Notes: generated from the letters alone by a model not told the origin. A stretch of DNA of 64,000 nucleotides from Candidatus Poribacteria bacterium (GCA_965116925.1 OZ220744.1:3776001-3840000); one strand, 5' to 3'; positions 18,184-29,325 are shown, counted from the first letter of the stretch. Made by a program: numbers and translations.

Positions 18184-20433
18184 ATGATTCATTACCTCAA
18201 TTTTTGGTGTCAGTTTTCAAGTGGTGGTATTCTGCGACACGGAAGCTATTTTTTCCTGTTAGCGATCTGCTATCTGTTACTTCCATTCGCTGTGTGTGCT
18301 AACTCCGGTCAGATGGAGTACAAGATTGAAGCATACCGAACATTTCAGAGCATTGAAGTCGATGGTGATTTTAATGAGTCTGACTGGCAGCACGCGAGTC
18401 CGATTAATCAGTTTTTCCAAATTGAGCCTAATGAAGGTGAGTCGATAAGCGAACCGACGGAGGTCCGCATCCTATACGACGATAAGAATATCTACTTCGG
18501 TTTTACCTGTTTCGACACAGATATGTCCAAGCTGGTTGCCAACGACATGCGTCATGACGCACGAGACCTGCATGAAAACGACAACGTCTTTCTGATATTA
18601 GACACTTATAACGATCAGCGCAACGGGTTTGCCTTCCGCATCAACCCGTTGGGGGCATACCAAGACAGAGCCGTAACGAACGGTGGAGACAGCTTAAATC
18701 GGAGCTGGGATGCGGTTGTGACGTGTCAGGCGAAGATCAATGGTGACCACTGGACAGCCGAACTCGGTATACCGTTCAGCCAACTCCGTTTTGACAAAAG
18801 TGACAGGATGACTTGGGGGATGAATGTGGGCCGGGGCGTTCGCAAGAACAATGAGGAAGCGATATGGGTGCCGGTGCCTAGGCAGTATGGGGGGATGGCG
18901 AAATACCGTCTCGGTAATCTCGGCAGCCTTGCGGGTTTAGAAGGGATTGCCCCATCTCGGCGTCTGGAACTGCTGCCTTATGTATTGCCGGGGATGAGTC
19001 ATACCGAAGGAGATGCCGGCACCGATGGGGTATTCGATGTCGGCTTGGACCTCAAGTACGGTATCAACTCTAACCTTACAGCGGATCTGACGTTTAACAC
19101 CGACTTTGCTCAAGTCGAAGCAGATGAGGAACAGGTCAACCTCACGCGCTTCAGCCTATTCTTTCCTGAGAAGCGCCCGTTCTTTTTAGAAGGAGCAGGG
19201 TTGTTTGATTTTGGCATTGGTCGTACTAGCTTCCGCCGTCCACCGCCGCTGCTGCTGTTTTATAGCCGCCGCATCGGTCTTGAAGAGGGGCGTGCCATCC
19301 CAATTATCACAGGTGGTAAGATCACCGGCAAAATGGGACCTTACGGCGTCGGTATGTTGAATGTGTTGACGAATGAATTGCACGATGATACAGATCCGGA
19401 GGACATTGTTGATGTCTCACGCACCAATTACTCCGTGTTGAGGTTGACGCGGGACCTTTTCAGCGGCTCACGTATCGGATTAATTGGTATCAATAAGCAA
19501 GATGGAGATGCCTACAATCGCGCTGGCGGATTCGATTTTTCATACCGTCCGGTAGACAATTTTGATGTACGTGGACTATGGGCGTATACTGCCGATTCGG
19601 ATGAGGCAGATGGGAGCGATAATGCGTGGTATATCGGCAGCACTTGGCGAAATGACCGGTTTCGGGTGGGTGGTTCATATACCGACATCGGTGAGAACTT
19701 TAACCCCGAAGTTGGATACATCCGGCGGGAGGGTATGCGTCAAATCCGGAGTGATATACGTTTTACCCCTTGGCCCAGAAAATTTGGGATTCGCCGCATC
19801 TGGACGGGTCCGGAATTTGACCTTGTCCTCAATCAGGACGGTGACTTAGAGACCCGTTCTATCCGCTACAGCAACTGGTTTGAACTGGAGAAAGGTGGTC
19901 GCTTACAATTTGAGGTGCGGCAGACTGCTGAACACCTTGAGGAGGATTTTGAAATCCGAGATGGTGTTATCATCCCCATTGATGAGTATAGCTTTGCATC
20001 TGCTAGGGTAGGGATTCAGACCGATGAAAGTAAAATGCTTGCTGCGGAATTTGATGTGGATTTTGGCCAGTTCTACAACGGCAATAGGCGAGGTTTTGAC
20101 ATCGGGGCAACCTTCAAACCGAGTGGACGTTTCGCCCTCGAATCTCAATATCAATTTAATCGGATAACCCTCCCCGGGGAAGAACCCTTCAATGCAAATG
20201 TCTTTGGCGGTCGTTTCGCCTATTCCTTCTCGACTCAACTCTTTGCGAAACTGTTTGCCCAGTGGAACAGCGACGATAATGTGGTCTCCACCAACTTTCT
20301 GCTCAACTACATCTACCGTCCAGGCAGCGATTTCTACCTCGTTTTCAACCAGATTTATGACAGCAACGGTGGGGGCGTCAGTCTTGACGAATCTACACTT
20401 GTTGGAAAGCTAACATATTGGTGGAATCCGTAA
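18184..20433 (+). CDS. CBM9-like plus DUF5916 outer-membrane protein, paralog 3
   Basis: Same motifs as paralog 1. Confidence 0.88.
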   Translation: MIHYLNFWCQFSSGGILRHGSYFFLLAICYLLLPFAVCANSGQMEYKIEAYRTFQSIEVDGDFNESDWQHASPINQFFQIEPNEGESISEPTEVRILYDDKNIYFGFTCFDTDMSKLVANDMRHDARDLHENDNVFLILDTYNDQRNGFAFRINPLGAYQDRAVTNGGDSLNRSWDAVVTCQAKINGDHWTAELGIPFSQLRFDKSDRMTWGMNVGRGVRKNNEEAIWVPVPRQYGGMAKYRLGNLGSLAGLEGIAPSRRLELLPYVLPGMSHTEGDAGTDGVFDVGLDLKYGINSNLTADLTFNTDFAQVEADEEQVNLTRFSLFFPEKRPFFLEGAGLFDFGIGRTSFRRPPPLLLFYSRRIGLEEGRAIPIITGGKITGKMGPYGVGMLNVLTNELHDDTDPEDIVDVSRTNYSVLRLTRDLFSGSRIGLIGINKQDGDAYNRAGGFDFSYRPVDNFDVRGLWAYTADSDEADGSDNAWYIGSTWRNDRFRVGGSYTDIGENFNPEVGYIRREGMRQIRSDIRFTPWPRKFGIRRIWTGPEFDLVLNQDGDLETRSIRYSNWFELEKGGRLQFEVRQTAEHLEEDFEIRDGVIIPIDEYSFASARVGIQTDESKMLAAEFDVDFGQFYNGNRRGFDIGATFKPSGRFALESQYQFNRITLPGEEPFNANVFGGRFAYSFSTQLFAKLFAQWNSDDNVVSTNFLLNYIYRPGSDFYLVFNQIYDSNGGGVSLDESTLVGKLTYWWNP

Positions 20434-20435
20434 AG

Positions 20436-20464
20436 TGAAACGTGAAACGTAAAACGTGAGGCGT
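20436..20464 (+). repeat. Heptamer tandem repeat (GTGAAAC/GTAAAAC)
   Basis: GTGAAAC GTGAAAC GTAAAAC GTGAGGC; also at 18088-18108 and about 33173-33190. Confidence 0.7.
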
Positions 20465-20595
20465 ATAATTGAACACACCACATTCCAAGCAAGCGAACAA
20501 CATCGGGACCTGGTGAAAGATTGCCCATGTAATGAGATACTTTCCTTTGTTAATTCTTTTTTCCCGAACCCTATTTTGAGAAGGGAGCACTTCCT

Positions 20596-21531
20596 ATGAG
20601 CCAAGAGACGGTTTGGTTACTATCAGAAGAGGGCATCTTAGACTTCAACGGTGAACCAATCGACGATGCTCCATTTCAGCCTGCATCAATCACTTCGGGA
20701 GATGTGGGGCAAGATCGGTTGTCTATTATCGCTAATGGCCATGAGGTTTGGACGTATGCTTCGGGGACGTGGAATCAGCAGATATCAACGGACATCACCC
20801 TGAACTGCGTTTGTTGGACATCTGATGATCGGTTACTCGTGGGCACGGAACGCGCTCGGCTCGCATGGGTCGCCGATGGTGAGTTAAATTTTATCGACAG
20901 TTTTGACGCGGTGCCAGAACGTAGGCTGTGGAAAACGCCGTGGGGTGGACCTCCGGATGTACGCTCTTTGGCGGTCTCTACGGACGGAACCATCTACGCG
21001 AACATTCATGTCGGTTGGGTTGTCCGCTCATGTGACGGTGGCAAGACTTGGGAAAACCTTCAGAAAGGGTTGGAGATGGATGTACATCAGGTTGCTACGC
21101 ATCCATCCGATCCAGCGACCGTCTTCGCTGCGACCGCTAGCGGGTTCTATATCAGTAGGGACTATGGCGATACGTTTGTGCACCAGCGGAGTGGTATGCC
21201 CTACTATTATCAACGGGCATGCGCTTGCTTCCCTGAAAGCGATGTATACCTAGTTTCCACATCGCGAGGTCCCCACAGCAGGGTAGATGCCCAACTCTAC
21301 CGAAGCGATGACGCAGGCGAAAGCTGGGCGTTGGTCGCTGGTCTGCCTGAACAGATTGGTGAGAATATTGACACCTTTCAGATTATTATCGTTGGCGGGC
21401 TGGCTGCGTTGGTAGTTGTGGATGACACCGTTCTATACCAAACCGATGACTGTGGGCTAAATTGGCAAAAGGTAGCCGATTATCCGAGGTTGTTCGGTGG
21501 ACTCGTCGTTCAAATGCCACAAGCGGCTTGA
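20596..21531 (+). CDS. BNR/Asp-box repeat beta-propeller protein
   Basis: S.DGGKTW, SRDYGDTF, SDDAGESW, TDDCGLNW Asp-boxes. Confidence 0.8.
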   Translation: MSQETVWLLSEEGILDFNGEPIDDAPFQPASITSGDVGQDRLSIIANGHEVWTYASGTWNQQISTDITLNCVCWTSDDRLLVGTERARLAWVADGELNFIDSFDAVPERRLWKTPWGGPPDVRSLAVSTDGTIYANIHVGWVVRSCDGGKTWENLQKGLEMDVHQVATHPSDPATVFAATASGFYISRDYGDTFVHQRSGMPYYYQRACACFPESDVYLVSTSRGPHSRVDAQLYRSDDAGESWALVAGLPEQIGENIDTFQIIIVGGLAALVVVDDTVLYQTDDCGLNWQKVADYPRLFGGLVVQMPQAA

Positions 21532-21590
21532 GATTTGGTTTTTCTTTTGCTTAGCTTCCACAAATCTACCCGTAGGAGAAACTAATACCG

Positions 21591-23900
21591 TTGGTACATC
21601 AAGAGATGTTAGATACATTACCTACTTCAATAGAAACAGCTTTAAGGACGACGAACATTTCTTTAGACAAGGTAAGGTTCGCCGCACAGAGCGATCTCAA
21701 TCCCGATGGTCTGTTCGGTGAAAGTTGGTTCGTCCTGACCGAGACAGAATTCTTAGCACTTGATGCAGCAGGCGTTGTTCTCCATCGCGTGCCATATAGC
21801 GAAGTGATCGAGGTGCGCTCAGAAGCGGTCGTTGACGGGGGAATTCTCGTTCTGGAGATGATGGGGGATGCCCTTGATCTCATCCGTTACTCAAATGGGC
21901 TGATACCGAAGTTTGGGTATATAGCGAAATTTCTCAGTGAGGAGATTGAGCACCGGCAAGGGAAACGCGACGAAGCACCGATGTGGGAGTACGAAGAAGA
22001 GCAGAAGTTCTGCAAGGCATGTGGCTTACCGCTGCCCGATGTGTTTCTGCCGTGTCCGGCGTGCACTAAAAAACATCGTGTTATGCTGCGCATTCTCTCC
22101 TATCTCAAGCCACATAAGAAGCGGGCGGCTGTGGTGGTGTTGCTCATGCTTGTCTCAACACTGATTGCGCTCATGCCTCCCTATTTTACAAAGATCCTCA
22201 TTGACGATGTGTTGAAGTTAAACGAAGACCTCGCAGCAGCGCAAGGTGCTGCAAAAACGGCGGTGGGTCAATTCTTTCGGTCGTTTGAGACAGCAGCACT
22301 TGCGTTGACGGTTGCCGTCGGTTGTCTTATAGTGGCGCATATCCTCACCCATATCCTTGATATTTTTCGCGGGCGTTTGGCCGCATGGCTGACCTTCCGC
22401 ATGATAGCAGACATCCGTGACCAGATTTACGAGCGACTGCATGGGCTTTCCCTTCGATTTTTCGATAAACGCAAGACTGGGACTGTTATCTCTCATATCA
22501 CAGAGGATAGTACGCGCCTACAGTGGTTTCTATTGGATGGACTCCAGTTCCTTGTTATCGACCTGTTGATGCTCTTTGGCATTGGTGCTTTCCTATTTTC
22601 GATGAACTGGAGGTTGGCGTGCTTTATCCTAATTCCAATCCCATTGGTAGTTCTCGGCGCAAGGTGGTTCTGGAAGAAGGTTCGTGGACTCTGGCATCGG
22701 GCGTGGCGGCGAAGATCGAAGATGTACGATATTGTGAACGACTCGGTCTCCGGTATCCGTGTTGTTCGGGCGTTTGGTCAGCAGAAGAGTGAGGTCGGAC
22801 GGTTTTCCTATACGAACGAAGATGCCCGCAATTACGACACGGTTGCCGAAAAGGTTTGGGCAACCTATTATCCGTTGCTGCAGTTTGCTGTTCAGTTAGG
22901 AACGATTATCGTCTGGTATGCTGGGGGATTGCAGATTCTCACTGACGGAATGACATTCGGCACATTGATGGCGTTTCACTTTTATTTAGCGATGTTCTAC
23001 GGACCGTTACGGCATTTGAGTCCAATGGTTAACTGGGCATCGCGAGCGATGACAGCGGCGGAACGGATCTTTGAGGTCATCGACTCCGAGCCAGAGCAGT
23101 TAGATGACAGTAGGCTCGTCTCAAAATCAAAACTCCAAGGAGAGGTCAAATTCCACAATATGACCTTCGGCTATGATTCGCATAAGCCTGTCCTCCGAGA
23201 CATCAACCTCCACGTCAAACCGGGTGAGATGATCGGCTTAGTTGGGCATTCTGGAGCAGGCAAATCGACACTGATTAATCTGATTTGCCGGTTTTACATA
23301 CCGGATTCAGGGAGCATCACCATTGATGGTATAGATATAACGAAAATTCGCCTTGAGGACCTGCGACAGCAGATTGGCGTCGTACTCCAAGAACCGTACC
23401 TTTTCAATGGAACCATTGCGGAGAACATCGCCTACGCCAAGCCGGGAGCGGGGATGGAAGCTGTCATTACCGCCGCAAAGGCTGCCAACGCCCACGAGTT
23501 CATTGTGAAATTTCCTGACGGATACGACACAGAGGTTGGCGAGCGGGGTGGTAGGCTGTCCGGCGGAGAACGGCAGCGGATATCAATTGCACGGGCAATT
23601 CTGCATAATCCACGCATCCTGATTCTTGATGAGGCGACTTCGTCGGTTGACGTTCAGACGGAGCGCAAAATCCAACAGGCGATTGATCGACTTGTTCAGA
23701 ACCGAACGACTTTTGCCATTGCCCATCGGCTCTCCACACTGCGGAATGCAGATCGCCTCTTCGTCATAGATAAGGGGCGGGGTGTCGAATGTGGATCGCA
23801 TGAGGAGTTGATGGAGCAGAAGGGAATTTACTACAACCTCGTTGAAACACAGCGGCAAGCCTCCGAGATTCGCTCAGAGGCGCAAGCTGTTGAGAGGTAA
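21591..23900 (+). CDS. ABC exporter (fused permease/ATPase) with N-terminal extension and CxxC...CxxC
   Basis: GHSGAGKST, LSGGERQR, LDEATSSVD, membrane domain; TTG start after AGGAG. Confidence 0.92.
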   Translation: MVHQEMLDTLPTSIETALRTTNISLDKVRFAAQSDLNPDGLFGESWFVLTETEFLALDAAGVVLHRVPYSEVIEVRSEAVVDGGILVLEMMGDALDLIRYSNGLIPKFGYIAKFLSEEIEHRQGKRDEAPMWEYEEEQKFCKACGLPLPDVFLPCPACTKKHRVMLRILSYLKPHKKRAAVVVLLMLVSTLIALMPPYFTKILIDDVLKLNEDLAAAQGAAKTAVGQFFRSFETAALALTVAVGCLIVAHILTHILDIFRGRLAAWLTFRMIADIRDQIYERLHGLSLRFFDKRKTGTVISHITEDSTRLQWFLLDGLQFLVIDLLMLFGIGAFLFSMNWRLACFILIPIPLVVLGARWFWKKVRGLWHRAWRRRSKMYDIVNDSVSGIRVVRAFGQQKSEVGRFSYTNEDARNYDTVAEKVWATYYPLLQFAVQLGTIIVWYAGGLQILTDGMTFGTLMAFHFYLAMFYGPLRHLSPMVNWASRAMTAAERIFEVIDSEPEQLDDSRLVSKSKLQGEVKFHNMTFGYDSHKPVLRDINLHVKPGEMIGLVGHSGAGKSTLINLICRFYIPDSGSITIDGIDITKIRLEDLRQQIGVVLQEPYLFNGTIAENIAYAKPGAGMEAVITAAKAANAHEFIVKFPDGYDTEVGERGGRLSGGERQRISIARAILHNPRILILDEATSSVDVQTERKIQQAIDRLVQNRTTFAIAHRLSTLRNADRLFVIDKGRGVECGSHEELMEQKGIYYNLVETQRQASEIRSEAQAVER

Positions 23901-23902
23901 AC

Positions 23903-24478
23903 ATGAACACGGAAAAAGAAAAGATGTCTAAGGGTATCGCCGCTTTGGAATCGGGTCCTCCACTCCCAATCGGAGTTGAAGATGATGATTTCACGCCGAG
24001 ATATTTGGATCCGGAGAAGATACGCCTGTTTCGGTCGCCGATGGGTGCTCCTCGTCTGGAAATCCTAGAGGAGGTCTGCTACACTCGCGTGGCGGTGCGT
24101 CGCATTCTCCCGTTGAGTGATCCCGATCGTTATATTTCGCTTGGGATTGGAGAGGAGGTGGAGATCGGCATCATTGAGGATCCATCACGACTCAACTCCG
24201 AAAGCCGCGAAATCCTTCGCGAGGAGCTCGATAAGCGATACTTTACACCTATCATACAGAAGGTTCATCGCGTCAAGGAGCGATTCGGCATCCATGACTG
24301 GGAGGTTGAAACATCGCGCGGCCGGATCACGTTCTCTGTACAGGGGCTCCATCAGAACGTTAGGCAGTTTCCACCTGCCCGACTGCTTGTAACAGATGTC
24401 CGTGGGAATCGGTACGATATTCCAGACTATCATAGACTCGATTCGCACAGTTTTAATCAGATTCAGCGACACCTGTAG
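23903..24478 (+). CDS. DUF1854 domain protein
   Basis: PLSDPDRYISL, EEL.KRYF.P.I, WEVETSRG, DVRGNRY.IPD; usual partner of this ABC family. Confidence 0.8.
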   Translation: MNTEKEKMSKGIAALESGPPLPIGVEDDDFTPRYLDPEKIRLFRSPMGAPRLEILEEVCYTRVAVRRILPLSDPDRYISLGIGEEVEIGIIEDPSRLNSESREILREELDKRYFTPIIQKVHRVKERFGIHDWEVETSRGRITFSVQGLHQNVRQFPPARLLVTDVRGNRYDIPDYHRLDSHSFNQIQRHL

Positions 24479-24586
24479 GTTGATGAATGGACTGGTGCTT
24501 TGAACTGTTTTGAACAATCAAAGCAGCCTGAACCTCCGCATGGAAAACTTTGCCCGAAGCTTAGGATTCGTTACGGGAGACAAGTT

Positions 24587-26836
24587 ATGACTGACCATTT
24601 TAGTTTTTGGAACCAATTTCCACTCTGTAGAATTACCCATAACGGCAAATTATTTCTCTATCTGGCTGTTTGCTTTTTGTCAGTTCCATTGATTGTAAAT
24701 GCAAGCCCGGATTCTATAGAGTATACAGCCGAAGCATATCGAACCTTTCAAGCCATTGAGGTTGATGGAGATCTTACCGAATCTGATTGGCAGAACGCCA
24801 AGCGGATCGGTGGGTTTGTGCAAATGGAACCGGACGAGGGGCAGCCGATGACGGAAGCAACGGAGGTCCGAATTCTTTACGATGAGAAAAATATTTACTT
24901 CGGTTTTACCTGTTTTGACTCGGATATTTCTAAGGTGGCTGCCAACGAGATGCGCCGCGACGGCAATCTATGGGACAACGACAACGTCTTTGTACTTTTA
25001 GATACCTATGACGACCAACGGAGCGGATTTTTCTTCCGCGTCAATCCGTTGGGGGCAATGGAAGATGTCGCTATAATGGACAACGGAGACAGTCGGAACG
25101 AAAACTGGGATGCCGTCTGGGACTGTCGCACAAAAGCCAATGAGAAGTACTGGACAGCGGAGATTGGTATTCCGTTCAGTCAACTCCGTTTCAATCAAAG
25201 CGATGTAATGACATGGGGAATGAACATGGGACGGAGCGTCATGCGAAATCAGGAGGAGGGGATGTGGACGCCGATTTCCAGAGCACATGGTTGGCAAGCC
25301 AGATATCGCACTGCCAACATTGGTCGTTTGGTGGGTTTGAAAGGAATTGCGCCCTCCCGGAATCTAGAATTGTTGCCTTACGTTTTGCCGGGGGTGAGCC
25401 GAATTGAGGCAGACAATGATACGAACGGGGAGTTTGAAGTTGGTCTTGATGCCAAGTATGGGATTACCTCAAATCTTATCGCCGATCTCACCTTCAATAC
25501 CGATTTCGCTCAAGTTGAAGCGGATGAGGAACAGGTCAACTTAACCCGTTTCAGTCTGTTTTTTCCAGAGAAACGGCCTTTCTTCTTAGAAGGTGCCGGG
25601 CTGTTTGATTTCGGTATCCCACGCACCAGTTTCCGTCGACCGCCTCCATTGCTCCTCTTTTACAGTCGCCGTATTGGCCTTGCGGAAGGGCAGGCGGTCC
25701 CGATTATTACCGGCGGCAAGATTACCGGCAAAGTGGGACCTTACGGAATCGGTCTGTTAAATGTGTTTACGGACAAGTTTCACACCGATCCCTCTGTTAC
25801 TGATCCGGATGAAATCGTTGATGAACCACGCACAAACTACTCCGTATTGCGGATGAGACGGGACTTCTTTAAAGGTTCCACCGTTGGACTGATTGCGGTC
25901 AATAAACAAGACGCTGACACATACAACCGCGCAGGTGGATTTGACGTTGCGTATCGTCCTGCCGATAATATCAACTTCCGTGGGCTCTGGGCTCGTACTT
26001 TTGAAGATGATGTGTCAGACCAAAGGGATGCTTTGTACTTTGGGGGTGATTGGCGGAATGAGAATTTACGTTTGGAGGGTTCATACATAGATATTGGCGA
26101 GAACTTTCACCCCGAAGTCGGATTTGTCCGTCGGCAGGATGTTCGCCGCTTCCGCGGTGAGATGCGATTTACACCTATACTTGCTAAATTTGGGATTCGT
26201 CAAATTTGGGCGGGACCGGAATTTGATTTCATTCTCAATCGAGATAATGAGCTAGCAACCCGAGAGTTTACATACATGAACTGGTTTGAGCTAGAGGGTG
26301 GAGGCTGGTTTGGTTTTCAGGCACAGCGAACCTTTGAACGTCTCGACGAGGATTTTGAAATTCGCGATGATATAACGATCCCGGTTGACGAATATCATTT
26401 CAATTCCTTCCGGGTGTCGATTAACACCGATGATACGAAAATAGTGTCTCTCCAATTAGGAACGAATTTTGGGGGGTTCTTCGATGGGGAAAGGGTCGGT
26501 TTTGATATCGGACCGGATTTCAAGCCAAATGGGCACTTCAGTCTTGAGCCGCGTTTTCAATTTAATCGGGTTACCCTTCCTGCGGGTTCATTCAATGCGA
26601 GCATTTTCGGTACGCGTGTGAGCTATTCCTTTTCCACAAGATTCTTTACTAAATTGTTTGCCCAATGGAACAGCGATAGCAATGTATTTTCCACCAACTT
26701 TCTACTCAACTACATCTACCGCCCCGGCAGCGACTTCTACCTTGTTTTCAACCAAATCTATGACAGCAACAGCTCAAATGCTAAACTGGCGGAGACCACA
26801 TTTGTCGGAAAGATGACTTATTGGTGGAATCCGTAA
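24587..26836 (+). CDS. CBM9-like plus DUF5916 outer-membrane protein, paralog 4
   Basis: Same motifs as paralog 1; SD GGGAG before ATG 24587. Confidence 0.88.
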   Translation: MTDHFSFWNQFPLCRITHNGKLFLYLAVCFLSVPLIVNASPDSIEYTAEAYRTFQAIEVDGDLTESDWQNAKRIGGFVQMEPDEGQPMTEATEVRILYDEKNIYFGFTCFDSDISKVAANEMRRDGNLWDNDNVFVLLDTYDDQRSGFFFRVNPLGAMEDVAIMDNGDSRNENWDAVWDCRTKANEKYWTAEIGIPFSQLRFNQSDVMTWGMNMGRSVMRNQEEGMWTPISRAHGWQARYRTANIGRLVGLKGIAPSRNLELLPYVLPGVSRIEADNDTNGEFEVGLDAKYGITSNLIADLTFNTDFAQVEADEEQVNLTRFSLFFPEKRPFFLEGAGLFDFGIPRTSFRRPPPLLLFYSRRIGLAEGQAVPIITGGKITGKVGPYGIGLLNVFTDKFHTDPSVTDPDEIVDEPRTNYSVLRMRRDFFKGSTVGLIAVNKQDADTYNRAGGFDVAYRPADNINFRGLWARTFEDDVSDQRDALYFGGDWRNENLRLEGSYIDIGENFHPEVGFVRRQDVRRFRGEMRFTPILAKFGIRQIWAGPEFDFILNRDNELATREFTYMNWFELEGGGWFGFQAQRTFERLDEDFEIRDDITIPVDEYHFNSFRVSINTDDTKIVSLQLGTNFGGFFDGERVGFDIGPDFKPNGHFSLEPRFQFNRVTLPAGSFNASIFGTRVSYSFSTRFFTKLFAQWNSDSNVFSTNFLLNYIYRPGSDFYLVFNQIYDSNSSNAKLAETTFVGKMTYWWNP

Positions 26837-27003
26837 CGTAAAATTTTCCACTTGGTAGACTCTCACGCTTAACCAGGCGAACCTCCTTTCAAATTTACCA
26901 ATTCCCCATCCTCGGCGTATTTTTGCGGTTGACAGTTTATGTTGGCATAGATTGTGCTTGTTTAAAAATCGTATTTTTACGTTTAACGTTTCCGGGGGAT
27001 ACC

Positions 27004-29325
27004 ATGAAACGCTTAATTTTATCGCTTTCAGTTTTTTTCGCTGTCCTTTTCTGTGTAAACAGCTATGCTGAGTTTCCACACCAATTTCTGTTCGGACATA
27101 CAGGCCGTGCGCTTGCCGTTGCGTTTAGCCTTGATGGAAGGTGGCTTGCCTCCGGCGGTGCGAATGAGATTCTCATCTGGGAGCCCGGTGCCGATGAGCC
27201 AATTTACACACTCACTGGACACACAGGAAAAATCCAAGACCTTGCTTTCCGCCCCAACGGCAATCTAGCATCTGCTTCAGTTGATGGGACGGTACGGTTG
27301 TGGGATATATCGACACAACAACAGATTCGTGTGTTCGAGGGGCACGCTGGACAAGTCACATCTGTAGATTTTAATTCCTCTGGCAGACGCATTGTTTCTG
27401 GTTCGCGAGATCGAACGCTCAAGCTATGGGAAACCGACACCGGTAAACTTCTAGCGACGTTTGAAGGGCATACAGACGTTGTCTGGTCCGTTGCGTATAG
27501 CCCAGATGGCAGCATAATCGCCTCCGGATCAGAGGATGGCACTGTGCGTCTTTGGAATGCCTCAAATGGTTCACCACTCCACAGCTTGACTGGACATACA
27601 CAAGGGGTTCTTTCTGTTGTGTTCCATCCCCATAGCAACCTCATCGCGTCAGGGGCTAGGGATGGAACTGTTCGACTCTGGCACATCAATTCGCTAGAAT
27701 CCAGCGATCCTATTGGGGATGCAGAGCCATTTGCGACCTATGACCGCCAAGTTATGTCAGTCCGTTTTAATCCGAGCGGACGAATCCTCGCCATTGGTCT
27801 GCTGAATTCACCGACTGACAACACCCTTAAACTGTGGGATGTCCCCACCCGCTTTGAACTCCAATCTTTCGATACGCAAATCGTACATGATTTATCTTTC
27901 AATCCAACTCATCCGCAACTTGCAGTTGTGGGGTCAGTTGAAGGAACGATTACGATTTGGAATTCGAGTTATCCAAGGCCGGTGCTCCTTGAACCGCAAA
28001 GGGGCGAGTTGGTCAATCCCTCACAAATCAACTTGAGATGGGAAGCCGTTGAAAATGCAGTTTACTATGATGTCGAAATTTCAAACAATTCAAATTTTAC
28101 TGCGGCAAGCACGCAGTTTATGACTGTTACCGCCAACGAGTTATCCTTTGAGGGTAAGAACAATATTTCCCACTATTGGTGGCGTGTAAGTGCCGGTAGT
28201 TTCGGTAGGGTCAGTGATTGGTCTGAGGTCCGAGATTTCCGAGCCCCAAGTTGTGCGGTGAGGATCGTACCGTCGGCTCGACGGATCAATTTAGGAGAGG
28301 AGTTTGCAGTCGACGTTTTCGTCGAATCTGTTATCGACTTAAGAGGATTTGAGTTTGATTTGCAATGGACCAATCCTGATGTACTTACGTTTGTGACTGT
28401 CACCAAGTTCCGAACTGTTTTTGGAGAATCTGGAATTGGGCATCAGCCGACAGAGCCACCAGACCAGATAAATGGGATATACAAAGATGTCAGTGCTGCC
28501 AAAACCGGAGCTAGCGGAGTAACTGGTAGCGGCATCATGTTAGGTGCTTCATTTCGGGCAAAAGCTGTTGGATCGAGCAAAATTCAGTTGCAAAATATGA
28601 TTCTTGTCGACTCAAATGAAGAGCGACTCGACTGTGAAATTCACGAGTTAAAAGTGATGGTCGAAGACCCTGTCCGCCCTTGGGATGTCAACGCCGATGG
28701 GGTTGTAAACATTTTCGATCTTAGCATTGTCGTGCGATCCATAGGGCAGCCAATTCCGACACATTCGGATATTTATCCAGATGTCAATGGTGACGGCGTT
28801 ATCGATCTCAATGATTCTCTGCTGGTAAGTGCACATTTTGGTGAGTCTTATCAGATTGGTGAAACCCGTGCTGCTCCGCAATCCGCTGGTGAATCCCTGT
28901 ACTTAATTCCACCATCGATACGCAAGCAGCTTGAATCAATTTACCACGAACTCCTGTTGATGCCTAATAATTCCCCGGAGTTTATTCGGGCTAGACAGGT
29001 CTTGCAATATCTCCTTTTCCCATCTGTCCCAGCGCATAATCAGTTGCTGCAAAACTATCCAAATCCATTCAATCCAGAGACGTGGATTCCCTTCCACATC
29101 GCTTCAGCCGGTCAGGTCACGATTGGGATTTATGACGCTGCTGGGGCACTGATTCGTCAACTTGACTTGGGATACCTGAAGCCCGGACGCTATCTGACTC
29201 GAGGAAGCGCAGCGTACTGGAACGGGAAGAATGTATACGGTGAGTCCGTCGCCAGCGGGATCTATTTCTACACCCTTTCCACAGCGTCCTTCCAAGCAAC
29301 CCGGAAAATGATTATCAGTAAATAG
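27004..29325 (+). CDS. Secreted WD40 + Fn3 + cohesin-like + dockerin-like protein with T9SS-type/FlgD-Ig C-terminal domain
   Basis: GH...WD repeats; DVNADGVVNIFDL and DVNGDGVIDLND; LLQNYPNPFNPETWIP...SGIYFY..RKMII. Confidence 0.85.
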   Translation: MKRLILSLSVFFAVLFCVNSYAEFPHQFLFGHTGRALAVAFSLDGRWLASGGANEILIWEPGADEPIYTLTGHTGKIQDLAFRPNGNLASASVDGTVRLWDISTQQQIRVFEGHAGQVTSVDFNSSGRRIVSGSRDRTLKLWETDTGKLLATFEGHTDVVWSVAYSPDGSIIASGSEDGTVRLWNASNGSPLHSLTGHTQGVLSVVFHPHSNLIASGARDGTVRLWHINSLESSDPIGDAEPFATYDRQVMSVRFNPSGRILAIGLLNSPTDNTLKLWDVPTRFELQSFDTQIVHDLSFNPTHPQLAVVGSVEGTITIWNSSYPRPVLLEPQRGELVNPSQINLRWEAVENAVYYDVEISNNSNFTAASTQFMTVTANELSFEGKNNISHYWWRVSAGSFGRVSDWSEVRDFRAPSCAVRIVPSARRINLGEEFAVDVFVESVIDLRGFEFDLQWTNPDVLTFVTVTKFRTVFGESGIGHQPTEPPDQINGIYKDVSAAKTGASGVTGSGIMLGASFRAKAVGSSKIQLQNMILVDSNEERLDCEIHELKVMVEDPVRPWDVNADGVVNIFDLSIVVRSIGQPIPTHSDIYPDVNGDGVIDLNDSLLVSAHFGESYQIGETRAAPQSAGESLYLIPPSIRKQLESIYHELLLMPNNSPEFIRARQVLQYLLFPSVPAHNQLLQNYPNPFNPETWIPFHIASAGQVTIGIYDAAGALIRQLDLGYLKPGRYLTRGSAAYWNGKNVYGESVASGIYFYTLSTASFQATRKMIISK

